64,000 nt of DNA, taken from the IMG/VR virus record IMGVR_UViG_3300020048_000024, positions 95,890-159,889 of that record, one strand, 5' to 3'. Shown one piece after another: positions 18,729 through 27,539 of the stretch. The notes under the pieces are model-generated. The model was not told the origin of the DNA and made no database searches. It worked only from the letters and a program-made list of their open reading frames with translations. Within the stretch, counting starts at the first letter, position 1, and the number at the start of each line of letters is the position of its first letter. A program made the translations under genes and the position numbers. The stretch comes from a virus.

Positions 18729-19430
18729 TTACAGGTCTATCTTTTTTGGAAAGTATAACAATCCATTCACAACTGGATTGTTTACAAACTGTCTGTCATT
18801 TAGTTCAACATCAACTGTAAGATCATTAGTTCCAAATAGCCATTTTTTAATTTTACTGTTATTATCGAATAATAAGCTCAAACTTAAATTTAATTCAGTT
18901 GGCAAATCTACGTTCGGACTATTAAACCCAAAGTATTCTCCCGGAATACTATTGGTAATTATAACTACCTTTTTCACTTCGTCCATAGACTGAACTCTTT
19001 TTATACTTAGACTAAGATAGCTCAAATCATCGGATCTGTACTCATCTAGAAATTCTAAATCTTCGATACAAGTTATATTTTTTCTGTTACCATACCATCC
19101 ATTACACCCGATAAAAGCGATTCCGTTTAGTATTACTAAATGATTGTGTAAGTAAACAACATTACTTAATCGTTGACACATATTTTTTATTTCTTCTACT
19201 CGTATATTATAGTCTTCTAATCGAGTATGTTCTAAGCTCCCATCAATAAAAAAGACACCTCTGTAGCTATTACTAAGGTGTCCTAATGTATCTTCTAATA
19301 CTAATAAATCGTCGCTTACATTACCTGCCACTACACAAAATAAGCTAGTTGATTTTCCTTCCCAATCAAATATATCAGAATCAGTTAAATTCAAATCACT
19401 GATCAGATCAATGGAAAAATCGTCGTTCAT
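18729..19430 (-). CDS. degenerate calcineurin-like metallophosphoesterase fold protein
   Basis: ISDLNL, VAGNV, DGSLEH and NNP align with DxH, GD, GNHE and NP motifs, but with ligand substitutions. Confidence 0.65.
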   Translation of the reverse strand: MNDDFSIDLISDLNLTDSDIFDWEGKSTSLFCVVAGNVSDDLLVLEDTLGHLSNSYRGVFFIDGSLEHTRLEDYNIRVEEIKNMCQRLSNVVYLHNHLVILNGIAFIGCNGWYGNRKNITCIEDLEFLDEYRSDDLSYLSLSIKRVQSMDEVKKVVIITNSIPGEYFGFNSPNVDLPTELNLSLSLLFDNNSKIKKWLFGTNDLTVDVELNDRQFVNNPVVNGLLYFPKKIDL

Positions 19431-19798
19431 TTTGATGAAGTTGGTTTTTGTGCAGGTGTACGCTTAGGTGATGTTTGACCTTTTGGTTTAGCAGGCTGAG
19501 CAGCAACCGGTTTTGCTTTTGGTTTTGCTCTTTCTCTTGGTTTATTAGAAACTTTCGGAGCAGATCCATTTACGATTTTGAGTGATGGAGCGACTGATTT
19601 AGTGTTTACTTGTTCAGATACGCTAGACTCAATGGCTAAAGCTTTTTCAGGCACAACATCACCAACATCAACCGAAAAAACTTTTTGTTCCGGAACTTGA
19701 GCAGCCACTGGCGCTTCAACTTTATATGGGGCTTCTACTACGGGTGCTTGTGGTTTGCCAGTAAAGAATTCTTTAATTTTTGTAAAAATGGTTAACAT
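19427..19798 (-). CDS. Pro/Lys/Ala-rich hypothetical protein
   Basis: AGGAG SD; ATAAATA upstream; APYKVE motif. Confidence 0.75.
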   Translation of the reverse strand: MLTIFTKIKEFFTGKPQAPVVEAPYKVEAPVAAQVPEQKVFSVDVGDVVPEKALAIESSVSEQVNTKSVAPSLKIVNGSAPKVSNKPRERAKPKAKPVAAQPAKPKGQTSPKRTPAQKPTSSK

Positions 19799-19835
19799 TG
19801 TATTTCTCCTAGTCATATATTTATTACCTAATATG

Positions 19836-19864
19836 TTGACACGATATTTTTTCTATGATATACT
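19836..19864 (+). promoter_or_regulatory. sigma70-type promoter
   Basis: TTGACA-17-TATACT. Confidence 0.7.
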
Positions 19865-19901
19865 TGTATTTGAATAAATTATTATAAAATAAGGAACATA
19901 T

Positions 19902-20528
19902 ATGACCAATAGCGTTGCCGAAGAATTAGATAAAAATCCAGGGGATGCTCTTAAATCAAATGGAATTTATGTGTTTATGGATGAAGTAAATGCCGAAACT
20001 ATTAAGCCAGTAATTGAATGGATTTTATATGAAAATTATGTTTCCACTCAACGTAAAAAAGAATTACTATTAATGGTATGTAGCGATGGTGGAGATTTAT
20101 CTGCGGCATTTGCTCTTATCGATACCATGAAATCTAGCCAGATTCCAATCAAAACCGTAGGATTAGGTACTATTGCCAGTTGTGGATTGTTGATTTTTAT
20201 TGCCGGAACAAAAGGTCGACGTGTGTTAACTCCAAATACCAGTATACTTAGTCATCAATTTTCGGCCGGTTCAGAAGGAAAAGCTCATGATTTATTTGCC
20301 ACAGTCAAAGAGTTTGAGCTTACTCAAGTAAGAATGATCAATCATTATAAAGAATGTACTGGATTGTCCGAATCAATGATTAGAGAGAAGTTATTACCAG
20401 CACAAGATGTATGGCTAGATGGAGAAGCAGCACTAGAACTAAACATTTGTGATGCCATATCAGAATCCAATTCAAAAAATGAATTGTCGAAAAAATCAAA
20501 AAAATCAAAAACCGCTCTTCCAAAATAG
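19902..20528 (+). CDS. divergent ClpP-family serine protease
   Basis: CSDGG, IASCG (catalytic Ser), SHQ (His), DVWL...AL....D. Confidence 0.85.
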   Translation: MTNSVAEELDKNPGDALKSNGIYVFMDEVNAETIKPVIEWILYENYVSTQRKKELLLMVCSDGGDLSAAFALIDTMKSSQIPIKTVGLGTIASCGLLIFIAGTKGRRVLTPNTSILSHQFSAGSEGKAHDLFATVKEFELTQVRMINHYKECTGLSESMIREKLLPAQDVWLDGEAALELNICDAISESNSKNELSKKSKKSKTALPK

Positions 20529-20557
20529 TTGACTAATATATAAATTTATACTATAAT
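20529..20557 (+). promoter_or_regulatory. sigma70-type promoter
   Basis: TTGACT-17-TATAAT. Confidence 0.7.
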
Positions 20558-20582
20558 AGTAGTATATTATAAAGGTATTAAA

Positions 20583-21500
20583 ATGACAATGTTAGATCGT
20601 GCCCAAGGATGTCTACTAGGACTTGCAGTGGGCGATGCAGTTGGCACTACAGTAGAATTCAAAGATCGCGGCACTTTTCCCTTAATGACAGACATGGTGG
20701 GTGGTGGTCCATTTAGTCTTAAGTCAGGTCAATGGACTGATGATACTAGTATGGCGCTGTGTTTGGGATACAGCTTAGCGGAAAAAGGATTTGATCCACT
20801 TGATCAAATGACTCGTTATGTAGAATGGTATACAGATGGATATATGAGTTGTACTGGCCGATGTTTTGATATTGGCACGGCAACTAAAGGCGCACTTCGT
20901 CAGTTTCAAAAAGACTCATTAAAAAATCCAATTGCTGGATCTACTCACTTTATGGATGCTGGTAATGGATGCATTATGCGACTTGCCCCTGTGCCAATCA
21001 TGTATGCTCTTAATGCAGAGAAAGCAATCGAACTGAGTGGAACTCAATCTACTGTTACTCATGGATCAGATGAATGTGTAAAAGCATCACGTATGTTCGG
21101 AGAAATTCTTGTACGTGCCTTAAGCGAAATGAGTAAGGAAGAAATTTTACGACTTGATATCTCTGAGCCGACTAGCGAATTAAGATCATTAGAAAACATT
21201 GCTCGTGGTACATACTTTAACTCAACAGAAAAAGATATACGTGGAAGTGGTTACGTAGTCGAATCATTAGAAGCAGCATTGTGGTGTTTTTATACTACTG
21301 AAAATTTCAAAGATTGTATTTTGAAAGCTGCCAATTTGGGTGATGATGCTGATACTACAGCGGCAATTGCTGGACAAGTAGCAGGTGCATATTATGGTCT
21401 AGCTGGCATTCCCGTTGAGTGGGTAAAACGAGTATCGTGGAGAGATCGTATTCTAGAACTAGCAGCAGATTTGGTAAACAAACAAGAGGATGTAAAATAA
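20583..21500 (+). CDS. ADP-ribosylglycohydrolase (DraG/ARH family)
   Basis: GLAVGDAVG, WTDDT, FDIG, GNGCIMR, GDDADTT. Confidence 0.95.
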   Translation: MTMLDRAQGCLLGLAVGDAVGTTVEFKDRGTFPLMTDMVGGGPFSLKSGQWTDDTSMALCLGYSLAEKGFDPLDQMTRYVEWYTDGYMSCTGRCFDIGTATKGALRQFQKDSLKNPIAGSTHFMDAGNGCIMRLAPVPIMYALNAEKAIELSGTQSTVTHGSDECVKASRMFGEILVRALSEMSKEEILRLDISEPTSELRSLENIARGTYFNSTEKDIRGSGYVVESLEAALWCFYTTENFKDCILKAANLGDDADTTAAIAGQVAGAYYGLAGIPVEWVKRVSWRDRILELAADLVNKQEDVK

Positions 21501-21931
21501 TGTTCTGGAACAAAAAATTGGTAGATATCATCAAAACTGATACTCGTCTCGACGATATCAAAGCTCAAATGGACGAGATAAATCGTGTATATAAAAATCC
21601 TGAAAATGCCTATAGCGATATGACCTTAGATCGATGTCAGGATGCTATGGCATTAAATATCGTATCATCCTATTACACCAAGGCTCAACAGTTAGCACGA
21701 TTTACCAAAGACGTTCGTGACTTACGAGCTGTTGTAGAAGGCAACGGCGAATACTGGGGACAGTATCAAGTTAACTATGAAGAATGTCAACAACGATTGG
21801 CAAACTCAGAGCTACACTTAAAACTAGAAAAAGAAATGTATCAGAAAATCTACGAACGAAATCGTAAGTTAGAATCTGAAGTATATGTGTTAAAGCGTGA
21901 ATTAGAAATTTTAAAAACGGAGAAAGCATAA
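21500..21931 (+). CDS. coiled-coil hypothetical protein
   Basis: GAGG SD; TAATG overlap. Confidence 0.7.
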   Translation: MFWNKKLVDIIKTDTRLDDIKAQMDEINRVYKNPENAYSDMTLDRCQDAMALNIVSSYYTKAQQLARFTKDVRDLRAVVEGNGEYWGQYQVNYEECQQRLANSELHLKLEKEMYQKIYERNRKLESEVYVLKRELEILKTEKA

Positions 21932-22224
21932 TGTTTGGATTTAACCATAAAACATCCTATCTTCCTGCACCAACTGTCGAGGTTATCAAGGAGCAAAAGA
22001 TGGATACATCAGCATACTATACTATTGGGTTAACAACTGATGATCGTACTCAGATCACCTTCGGGCAAGATAGGCATGCCAAATCTAGTCTGACCATGAC
22101 AGATGATGCCGTGGCTCATATGATTAGACTGTTGGCAGTTAACATAGCCGACACTCACACGGTTACAGTGACACCGATAGTACAAAACAACGAGTCAGAA
22201 GAAACAACAGGAGAAGTAGAATGA
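21931..22224 (+). CDS. hypothetical protein (paralog of 59131-59355)
   Basis: Y..G.T.D.RT...SLTM....V..IRLL shared. Confidence 0.75.
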   Translation: MFGFNHKTSYLPAPTVEVIKEQKMDTSAYYTIGLTTDDRTQITFGQDRHAKSSLTMTDDAVAHMIRLLAVNIADTHTVTVTPIVQNNESEETTGEVE

Positions 22225-22811
22225 GTTTAGTACCAATGGTGGTAGAACAAACATCTCGTGGCGAACGTAGCTACGACATTTATAGTCGTTTGTTACGTGA
22301 TCGTATTATTATGCTACACGACGATGTTAATGAGCAAAGTGCATCTATTATCGTAGCTCAGTTATTGTTCTTGGAGAGTGAAGGAGACAAAGACATTCAC
22401 TTTTATATCAATAGTCCAGGCGGTAGCGTGACTGCTGGTATGAGCATTTATGATACCATGCAGTTTATCAAGTGCGACGTTAGCACAATCGTGATGGGTC
22501 AGGCATGTAGCATGGGATCATTATTGGCTCAAGCTGGCGCAGCAGGCAAGCGATTGATTCTTCCGTATGCCAGACATATGATTCATCAACCAAGTGGTGG
22601 TGCTCGTGGTCAAGCTACTGATATGGAAATTCAAGTTAAAGAGATTATTAAAATGAAACGAGAATTAACTCAGATTTATGTTAATCATAACTCAGTTAAC
22701 AAAACATACGATGAGTTATTAAAAGATATGGAACGTGATTTCTTTATGAGTGCTACTGAGGCCGTAGAATATGGTTTAGCAGATAAGGTTATTACAAAAC
22801 GAGGCGAGTAA
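22221..22811 (+). CDS. clpP: ATP-dependent Clp protease proteolytic subunit ClpP
   Basis: [36 protein letters not shown]. Confidence 0.97.
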   Translation: MSLVPMVVEQTSRGERSYDIYSRLLRDRIIMLHDDVNEQSASIIVAQLLFLESEGDKDIHFYINSPGGSVTAGMSIYDTMQFIKCDVSTIVMGQACSMGSLLAQAGAAGKRLILPYARHMIHQPSGGARGQATDMEIQVKEIIKMKRELTQIYVNHNSVNKTYDELLKDMERDFFMSATEAVEYGLADKVITKRGE

Positions 22812-22851
22812 TCATACTTGCTTTGATAAAAATAATAAACTAGGAAATAGC

Positions 22852-23592
22852 ATGTCTAATAATTCAGTAGTCAACGTAACTCTTACTAATTCTGGCTCAG
22901 GATACAAGTCTATTGCTTGGCCATTTTTGGTTGCCAAAAAGCATACATCAGAAAACCGAGTAGCTTACGACTTGTTAGCTGCCAGCGCACATTTATATCG
23001 AGTACATGGAAATAATCTAGAAAGATTTCAGGGTCTAGGACTTAATGACGGCGATGGTTTTAAAAATCAGCTCACTGATGAAGATTTTAAATTAGCTGAT
23101 GATATAGCAGATTATTTTAGTAAAATAATTGTATTAAAAGGTCTAAGAGGAGAGTCGTTAACTGAATTTCATCGTATGGTTGCTGACTTTCTAACTGATA
23201 GATGTAAATATGATAATGAAATGGCTGGCATGATATATCGTTTGCCAGAATATTATGATATGGATCAACAATTCTTAGAAATGAAAGATTTCTACTTCAA
23301 CGATCATGAACATGTATCTATATTACTATCTCGACATTCTAGAAAACTAGCTCCAATTACTAAGATTCTTAGAATTACAAGAGCATATAAGGTAGTTCAA
23401 TATTGGTTCAAGGATATAGAAACTGGAAACCCAGTGAATATAGATATCGATCTTAAAAATAAACTCACTCATTTATGGGATCATTTCTTTAAAACTTGTA
23501 AAGAAATTAGCATTGAGGGTGAATATTTTGACTGGACTCATCCATTGAAGTTACAATGTACTACTGTTAAAAATTGGGAATTAAAATTATGA
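22852..23592 (+). CDS. hypothetical protein
   Basis: 246-aa ORF with AGGA SD. Confidence 0.75.
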   Translation: MSNNSVVNVTLTNSGSGYKSIAWPFLVAKKHTSENRVAYDLLAASAHLYRVHGNNLERFQGLGLNDGDGFKNQLTDEDFKLADDIADYFSKIIVLKGLRGESLTEFHRMVADFLTDRCKYDNEMAGMIYRLPEYYDMDQQFLEMKDFYFNDHEHVSILLSRHSRKLAPITKILRITRAYKVVQYWFKDIETGNPVNIDIDLKNKLTHLWDHFFKTCKEISIEGEYFDWTHPLKLQCTTVKNWELKL

Positions 23593-23963
23593 CATTATTT
23601 TATCTATTAATCGCACTTCAACTTAAACATTTTATCATTGATTTTCCATTACAGACAAAATATCAATGGTCGAATAAAGGAACATATGGTCATTTAGGCG
23701 GTGTATTACACGCTGCTCTACATGGTCTAGGAACTTTTACTGTTTTGTTTTTGTTCACTGACGAGCTTACACTGGCTTGGTATATTGCCCTAGCTGATAT
23801 GTTTATTCATTATCACATTGATTGGGCGAAGATGAATATAAATAAAAGATTGGGTTGGGGTCCAACTACACATCCAGAGTTTTGGGTATTGTTAGGTCTA
23901 GATCAATTGTTACATCAACTAACTTATGTAGGAATGATTTTTGCATTGTATATCTATAAATGA
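23589..23963 (+). CDS. DUF3307-like membrane protein
   Basis: KH.I.DF.LQ, HY.IDW.K, LG.DQ.LH. Confidence 0.85.
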   Translation: MTLFYLLIALQLKHFIIDFPLQTKYQWSNKGTYGHLGGVLHAALHGLGTFTVLFLFTDELTLAWYIALADMFIHYHIDWAKMNINKRLGWGPTTHPEFWVLLGLDQLLHQLTYVGMIFALYIYK

Positions 23964-24235
23964 AATCAATTAAAGATTTTGTTAGGGAATATCTTAACAG
24001 TAGGGCTGAGCTTGGTAATTTATATAATCAACCTCATTCTTTGAAAGACTGGAACAAAATCTTAGAGTCTGGTGGCTATATCAGCGTTCAATTTCGAAAT
24101 ACAACCGACGGAACTCGTCAGATAGCACAATGGTGTTGTGAGAAGTTCGGAGCAGAACACTACTATTGGACAGGTGGGGTATTTTGGTTTGAAACAGAGA
24201 AAGCGGCAGTATTATTTGCACTGAGATGGGTATGA
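23960..24235 (+). CDS. 'FxLRW' family, array 1 member 1
   Basis: QWCCEKFG...FWFETEKAAVLFALRWV. Confidence 0.8.
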   Translation: MKSIKDFVREYLNSRAELGNLYNQPHSLKDWNKILESGGYISVQFRNTTDGTRQIAQWCCEKFGAEHYYWTGGVFWFETEKAAVLFALRWV

Positions 24236-24498
24236 TGACTGAATACGAATCACAACATAGTTACTGGCAGAAAGATCATGATGAGATCATAGCCGAAATG
24301 CAAGTAGAAAAAGCACAGTTAGAAAAATATCTTCATCGAATTAAAGTATCAGATGATGCATTATCTGATGCTGAATGGTTTGAACGATGGAACTGGTGTG
24401 GTAAGAATTTTGTCAAGGAAACTTATCGATATAGATTTGGATGTTTTCAATTTGAGCATGAACAAGATGCTGTATTATTTATATTGAGGTGGGTATGA
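24232..24498 (+). CDS. 'FxLRW' family, array 1 member 2
   Basis: ATGA overlap; NWCGKNF...FQFEHEQDAVLFILRWV. Confidence 0.8.
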   Translation: MMTEYESQHSYWQKDHDEIIAEMQVEKAQLEKYLHRIKVSDDALSDAEWFERWNWCGKNFVKETYRYRFGCFQFEHEQDAVLFILRWV

Positions 24499-24755
24499 CA
24501 GACTTTAAACTAAGGAAAGTTGTAGTTGGGGGCAAGCGCGCTCCCACTCACTCTAATTTTTGTATAGATTCTATAGAGAAAAATACTATCACTATAATTA
24601 GAGTTGGTGACGGTGACAGAAAATATATTGAAATGGAAGAATGGTTAACCAAACACGGTGCGACTAAGATTGGTTATTATAATGGTTATGAGTTTTGTCC
24701 GGTCTATAATGTCACCGACGAAATTAAAGTAATATTTGCACTGAGATGGGCATGA
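24495..24755 (+). CDS. 'FxLRW' family, array 1 member 3
   Basis: ATGA overlap; ends DEIKVIFALRWA. Confidence 0.8.
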   Translation: MTDFKLRKVVVGGKRAPTHSNFCIDSIEKNTITIIRVGDGDRKYIEMEEWLTKHGATKIGYYNGYEFCPVYNVTDEIKVIFALRWA

Positions 24756-24952
24756 TAAATCATATAGAATTTCCATATAAGATACAGGTACTACCCACTC
24801 ATCATGATGAAAGTTTATATCTTTCGTGGATCGATCATAGTATATGGTGTAAAAAACACATTGATCGCAAAACATTTGAGCATGGTGAGAGAGGGCAGTT
24901 TTATTTTAAGAATGAACAAGACGCAGTATTATTTGCATTGAGGTGGGCATGA
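24752..24952 (+). CDS. 'FxLRW' family, array 1 member 4
   Basis: ATGA overlap; IWCKKHI...FYFKNEQDAVLFALRWA. Confidence 0.8.
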   Translation: MINHIEFPYKIQVLPTHHDESLYLSWIDHSIWCKKHIDRKTFEHGERGQFYFKNEQDAVLFALRWA

Positions 24953-25155
24953 AATTGAATACGAAATTAAATACTAATAGATCGTCAGTTAAACGAGCCT
25001 TACAATGGCTAGAAAACGAGTTGTTTCTGTATACAGACGAGGAGCTATACTTAGAGTTTGAAAAAAGAATGAATTGTAAATTTTCAGAAGACAAAACTGA
25101 AATTACTTTCATTACTGAGAATTTAAAATATTGGTTTACTGCTAGATGGAAGTAG
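24949..25155 (+). CDS. 'FxLRW' family, array 1 member 5 (divergent)
   Basis: ATGA overlap; ITFITENLKYWFTARWK. Confidence 0.75.
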   Translation: MKLNTKLNTNRSSVKRALQWLENELFLYTDEELYLEFEKRMNCKFSEDKTEITFITENLKYWFTARWK

Positions 25156-25403
25156 AATATGATTTGTTTCCGTATACAAAACCAGTATTGAGTAAATTTC
25201 CATATTCTATCATAATGACGTATGAAAAGCTCGCACATATGCCAGAACTTGAGCCTAGATGTGAATGGCTTGATAAAACACTCAATACACGCTGGGGAGA
25301 GCAATATCTGTATCATCGTCGAATTAGTTTTGGAGTCAAACAAGTAGTTTGGTATTTTGTCAAAGAAGAAGATATGACGCTTTTTTCTCTAAGATGGATG
25401 TAA
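25146..25403 (+). CDS. 'FxLRW' family, array 1 member 6
   Basis: ends WYFVKEEDMTLFSLRWM. Confidence 0.75.
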   Translation: MEVEYDLFPYTKPVLSKFPYSIIMTYEKLAHMPELEPRCEWLDKTLNTRWGEQYLYHRRISFGVKQVVWYFVKEEDMTLFSLRWM

Positions 25404-25410
25404 ATAATGA

Positions 25411-25439
25411 TTGACAATTAATGATTATTTTGCTATAAT
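25411..25439 (+). promoter_or_regulatory. sigma70-type promoter
   Basis: TTGACA-17-TATAAT. Confidence 0.8.
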
Positions 25440-25467
25440 ATAGTTCACACTTAATTAAGGAAGTATA

Positions 25468-25593
25468 ATGAAAATTCAACATTCGTGGGAATATTGCTCA
25501 GAAGCAGTATTTATGAAGCGAGTATTTAAGCATAGTATGTATCAATTGGTCTCGGTGTTTGTTTTAATTGGAGTTATTGCTCTAAACTCTTAA
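25468..25593 (+). CDS. small protein with C-terminal TM helix (41 aa; not in ORF track)
   Basis: TAAGGA SD after consensus promoter. Confidence 0.55.
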   Translation: MKIQHSWEYCSEAVFMKRVFKHSMYQLVSVFVLIGVIALNS

Positions 25594-25650
25594 AAGTGTT
25601 GTATTTTTACAACACTTTTAGTTGACATTTAATAGCTTTTTTAGTATAAT
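25591..25650 (+). promoter_or_regulatory. palindrome plus sigma70 promoter (cassette variant)
   Basis: TAAAAGTGTTGT-N6-ACAACACTTTTA, then TTGACA-17-TATAAT. Confidence 0.8.
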
Positions 25651-25678
25651 ATTTATAATGAAAAGGATAAATACTATT

Positions 25679-25864
25679 ATGAAAATCAACGAAGTCGCTT
25701 ATAAAAACTCACAAGCTCTTTTCGAGGAACTCGACAAAGAAAATGATACTGGCATTGCCACCAGTGATTTAGTCAAGATTGTAGAAGCACATAATTCTAC
25801 AGAATGGACTGATAGCACTATGGAAGAAATGTACGCTCTTGAAGAACGTATATTAGCTGAATGA
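25679..25864 (+). CDS. small acidic protein, possible antitoxin partner
   Basis: ATAAATA 5 nt upstream; MKINE start; ATGA overlap with toxin-like ORF. Confidence 0.65.
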   Translation: MKINEVAYKNSQALFEELDKENDTGIATSDLVKIVEAHNSTEWTDSTMEEMYALEERILAE

Positions 25865-26292
25865 TTTTAGAACAATACAAGCCGTATAAACCGCCTACGA
25901 GCAAATCTGCCGAGGCTAAAGAACATGCCGTAATAAACAGGCATTGTCCCTTGTATTGGGAAACATATAGAAAATATAAAACTCATCCTACCGTAGTAGA
26001 TCGACTAAGAGAATTCAGAATTTTTAAATCTGAACATCCGAATGAAGTTTTCGGTAGCAAAGATTACCCAATGAATCGTAGACTTCCATTGGGTGTTGCT
26101 GTTCCGGGACTTCTTCACGCCGGCATTACCGATAATCTGTCACTTTTCTATACTATTAGTGGCTCAAATCCTATTATTTTAAAACAATACGGTATATTTT
26201 CTCATGACGAGGCTGGAATCGGGCAACCAGCCAATATGAATCGTCAACACAGTCTCGCTCAAAAATTTTCCAATCAAGTATTTACAGAGTAA
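25861..26292 (+). CDS. RelE/YafQ-like protein (putative mRNA interferase)
   Basis: KDYPM...GLLHA.I..NLSLFY...LKQYGIFSHDE parallels YafQ DHxL..G..ECHI..D.LLIY...L.L.R.GSHSE. Confidence 0.5.
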   Translation: MILEQYKPYKPPTSKSAEAKEHAVINRHCPLYWETYRKYKTHPTVVDRLREFRIFKSEHPNEVFGSKDYPMNRRLPLGVAVPGLLHAGITDNLSLFYTISGSNPIILKQYGIFSHDEAGIGQPANMNRQHSLAQKFSNQVFTE

Positions 26293-26298
26293 TAAATT

Positions 26299-27147
26299 AT
26301 GAAAGTTGCATTATGTTCGGACATCCATTTGGAGTTCGGTGATCTAGATATTAAAAATACAGAAAATGCAGATGTGTTATTGTTAGCTGGCGACATTATG
26401 ATCGCCAACGATATGTACGATTTCCCAGAACACGAAATTAAGCCAGAATGGAATAATATTCTACCTGATAGATATCATAAAGCTCAATCATTTCGTAGCT
26501 TTTTGAAACGATGTAGCGATGAATTTTCTCATGTACTATATGTAGCAGGAAATCATGAGTACTATCACGGCAAGTGGAATCAAACAATCGACACATTGAG
26601 AGCCGAGTGTGCTAAATTCCCCAACGTACATTTTATGGAAAACGATGTATTCGTTCTAGATGATGTGACGTTTATCGGCGGCACACTATGGACTGATTGT
26701 AATAAATCTCACCCATTGACCATTCGTGTTCTTGCAGATTCTATGAATGACTATCGTTTGATCAGAGTCGAAGATCGTGGTTTCGGGAAATTACATCCAA
26801 GTGATACAGTGGCGAAACATCGTAAGATGTTAGAAACTATTAAATCTACGGTAGATGGTAAATATGATCAAAAATTTGTAGTAGTGGGTCATCATCAACC
26901 AAGTAAACTAAGCGCACATCCACGTTATTTGGATGATCATCACATGGACGGAGGTTATAGTTCTGATCTGTCTGAGTTTATGTTGGATCGCCCACAAATC
27001 AAATTATGGGTCGGTGGACATACACATCATGACTTTGATTACATGATTGGGTCCACACGAGTTGTTTGTAATCCACGTGGATATGTTGGTTACGAACGAG
27101 TTTCTCAACAAGAAGATCCTTACTATCCCAAGATCATTGAAGTTTAA
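26299..27147 (+). CDS. calcineurin-like metallophosphoesterase
   Basis: SDIHLE, LAGDI, GNHEYY, GHH, GHTH, CNPRGY. Confidence 0.92.
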   Translation: MKVALCSDIHLEFGDLDIKNTENADVLLLAGDIMIANDMYDFPEHEIKPEWNNILPDRYHKAQSFRSFLKRCSDEFSHVLYVAGNHEYYHGKWNQTIDTLRAECAKFPNVHFMENDVFVLDDVTFIGGTLWTDCNKSHPLTIRVLADSMNDYRLIRVEDRGFGKLHPSDTVAKHRKMLETIKSTVDGKYDQKFVVVGHHQPSKLSAHPRYLDDHHMDGGYSSDLSEFMLDRPQIKLWVGGHTHHDFDYMIGSTRVVCNPRGYVGYERVSQQEDPYYPKIIEV

Positions 27148-27151
27148 TTAT

Positions 27152-27187
27152 AATGGACACACTCGTAAGATATGTGTCCATTTTTTA
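27152..27187 (+). terminator. Rho-independent terminator
   Basis: AATGGACACA/TGTGTCCATT stem plus T-run. Confidence 0.75.
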
Positions 27188-27216
27188 TTGACTGTAGTTA
27201 CTAATTATGTTATAAT
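27188..27216 (+). promoter_or_regulatory. sigma70-type promoter
   Basis: TTGACT-17-TATAAT. Confidence 0.75.
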
Positions 27217-27270
27217 AGTTACATGCTGTGACTTTTTAAAATCACAACTATTAACTTAAAGGAACTACAA

Positions 27271-27537
27271 ATGAAAGTAACTCAACAATCACGTTTAACA
27301 GAAGCACTCTTGAATGGCGAACAACTGACTGTCCCACAAATGACAGCTCGTTTTAATATTGCCAATCCAACCGCAGTTATCAGCAACATTCGTTTTGCCG
27401 GCTACGCAGTTTATGCTAACACTCGTAAGAACAGCAAAGGTCAATCAGTAACTCGTTATCGTATCGGTACCCCTACCCGCAAAGTGATCTCTGCTGGTTA
27501 TCGTGCTTTGGCCAACGGTTTGGTAGATTTAGAATAG
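27271..27537 (+). CDS. winged HTH-like DNA-binding protein
   Basis: LT..Q..ARF.IANP.A.IS..R..GY.VY...YRIGTP.R; AAGGA SD. Confidence 0.7.
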   Translation: MKVTQQSRLTEALLNGEQLTVPQMTARFNIANPTAVISNIRFAGYAVYANTRKNSKGQSVTRYRIGTPTRKVISAGYRALANGLVDLE

Positions 27538-27539
27538 TC

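Noticed and set aside
23960-25403. Integron cassette array (attC sites)
   Set aside because: Genes overlap with no intergenic palindromic attC sites, and there is no tyrosine integrase in the window.
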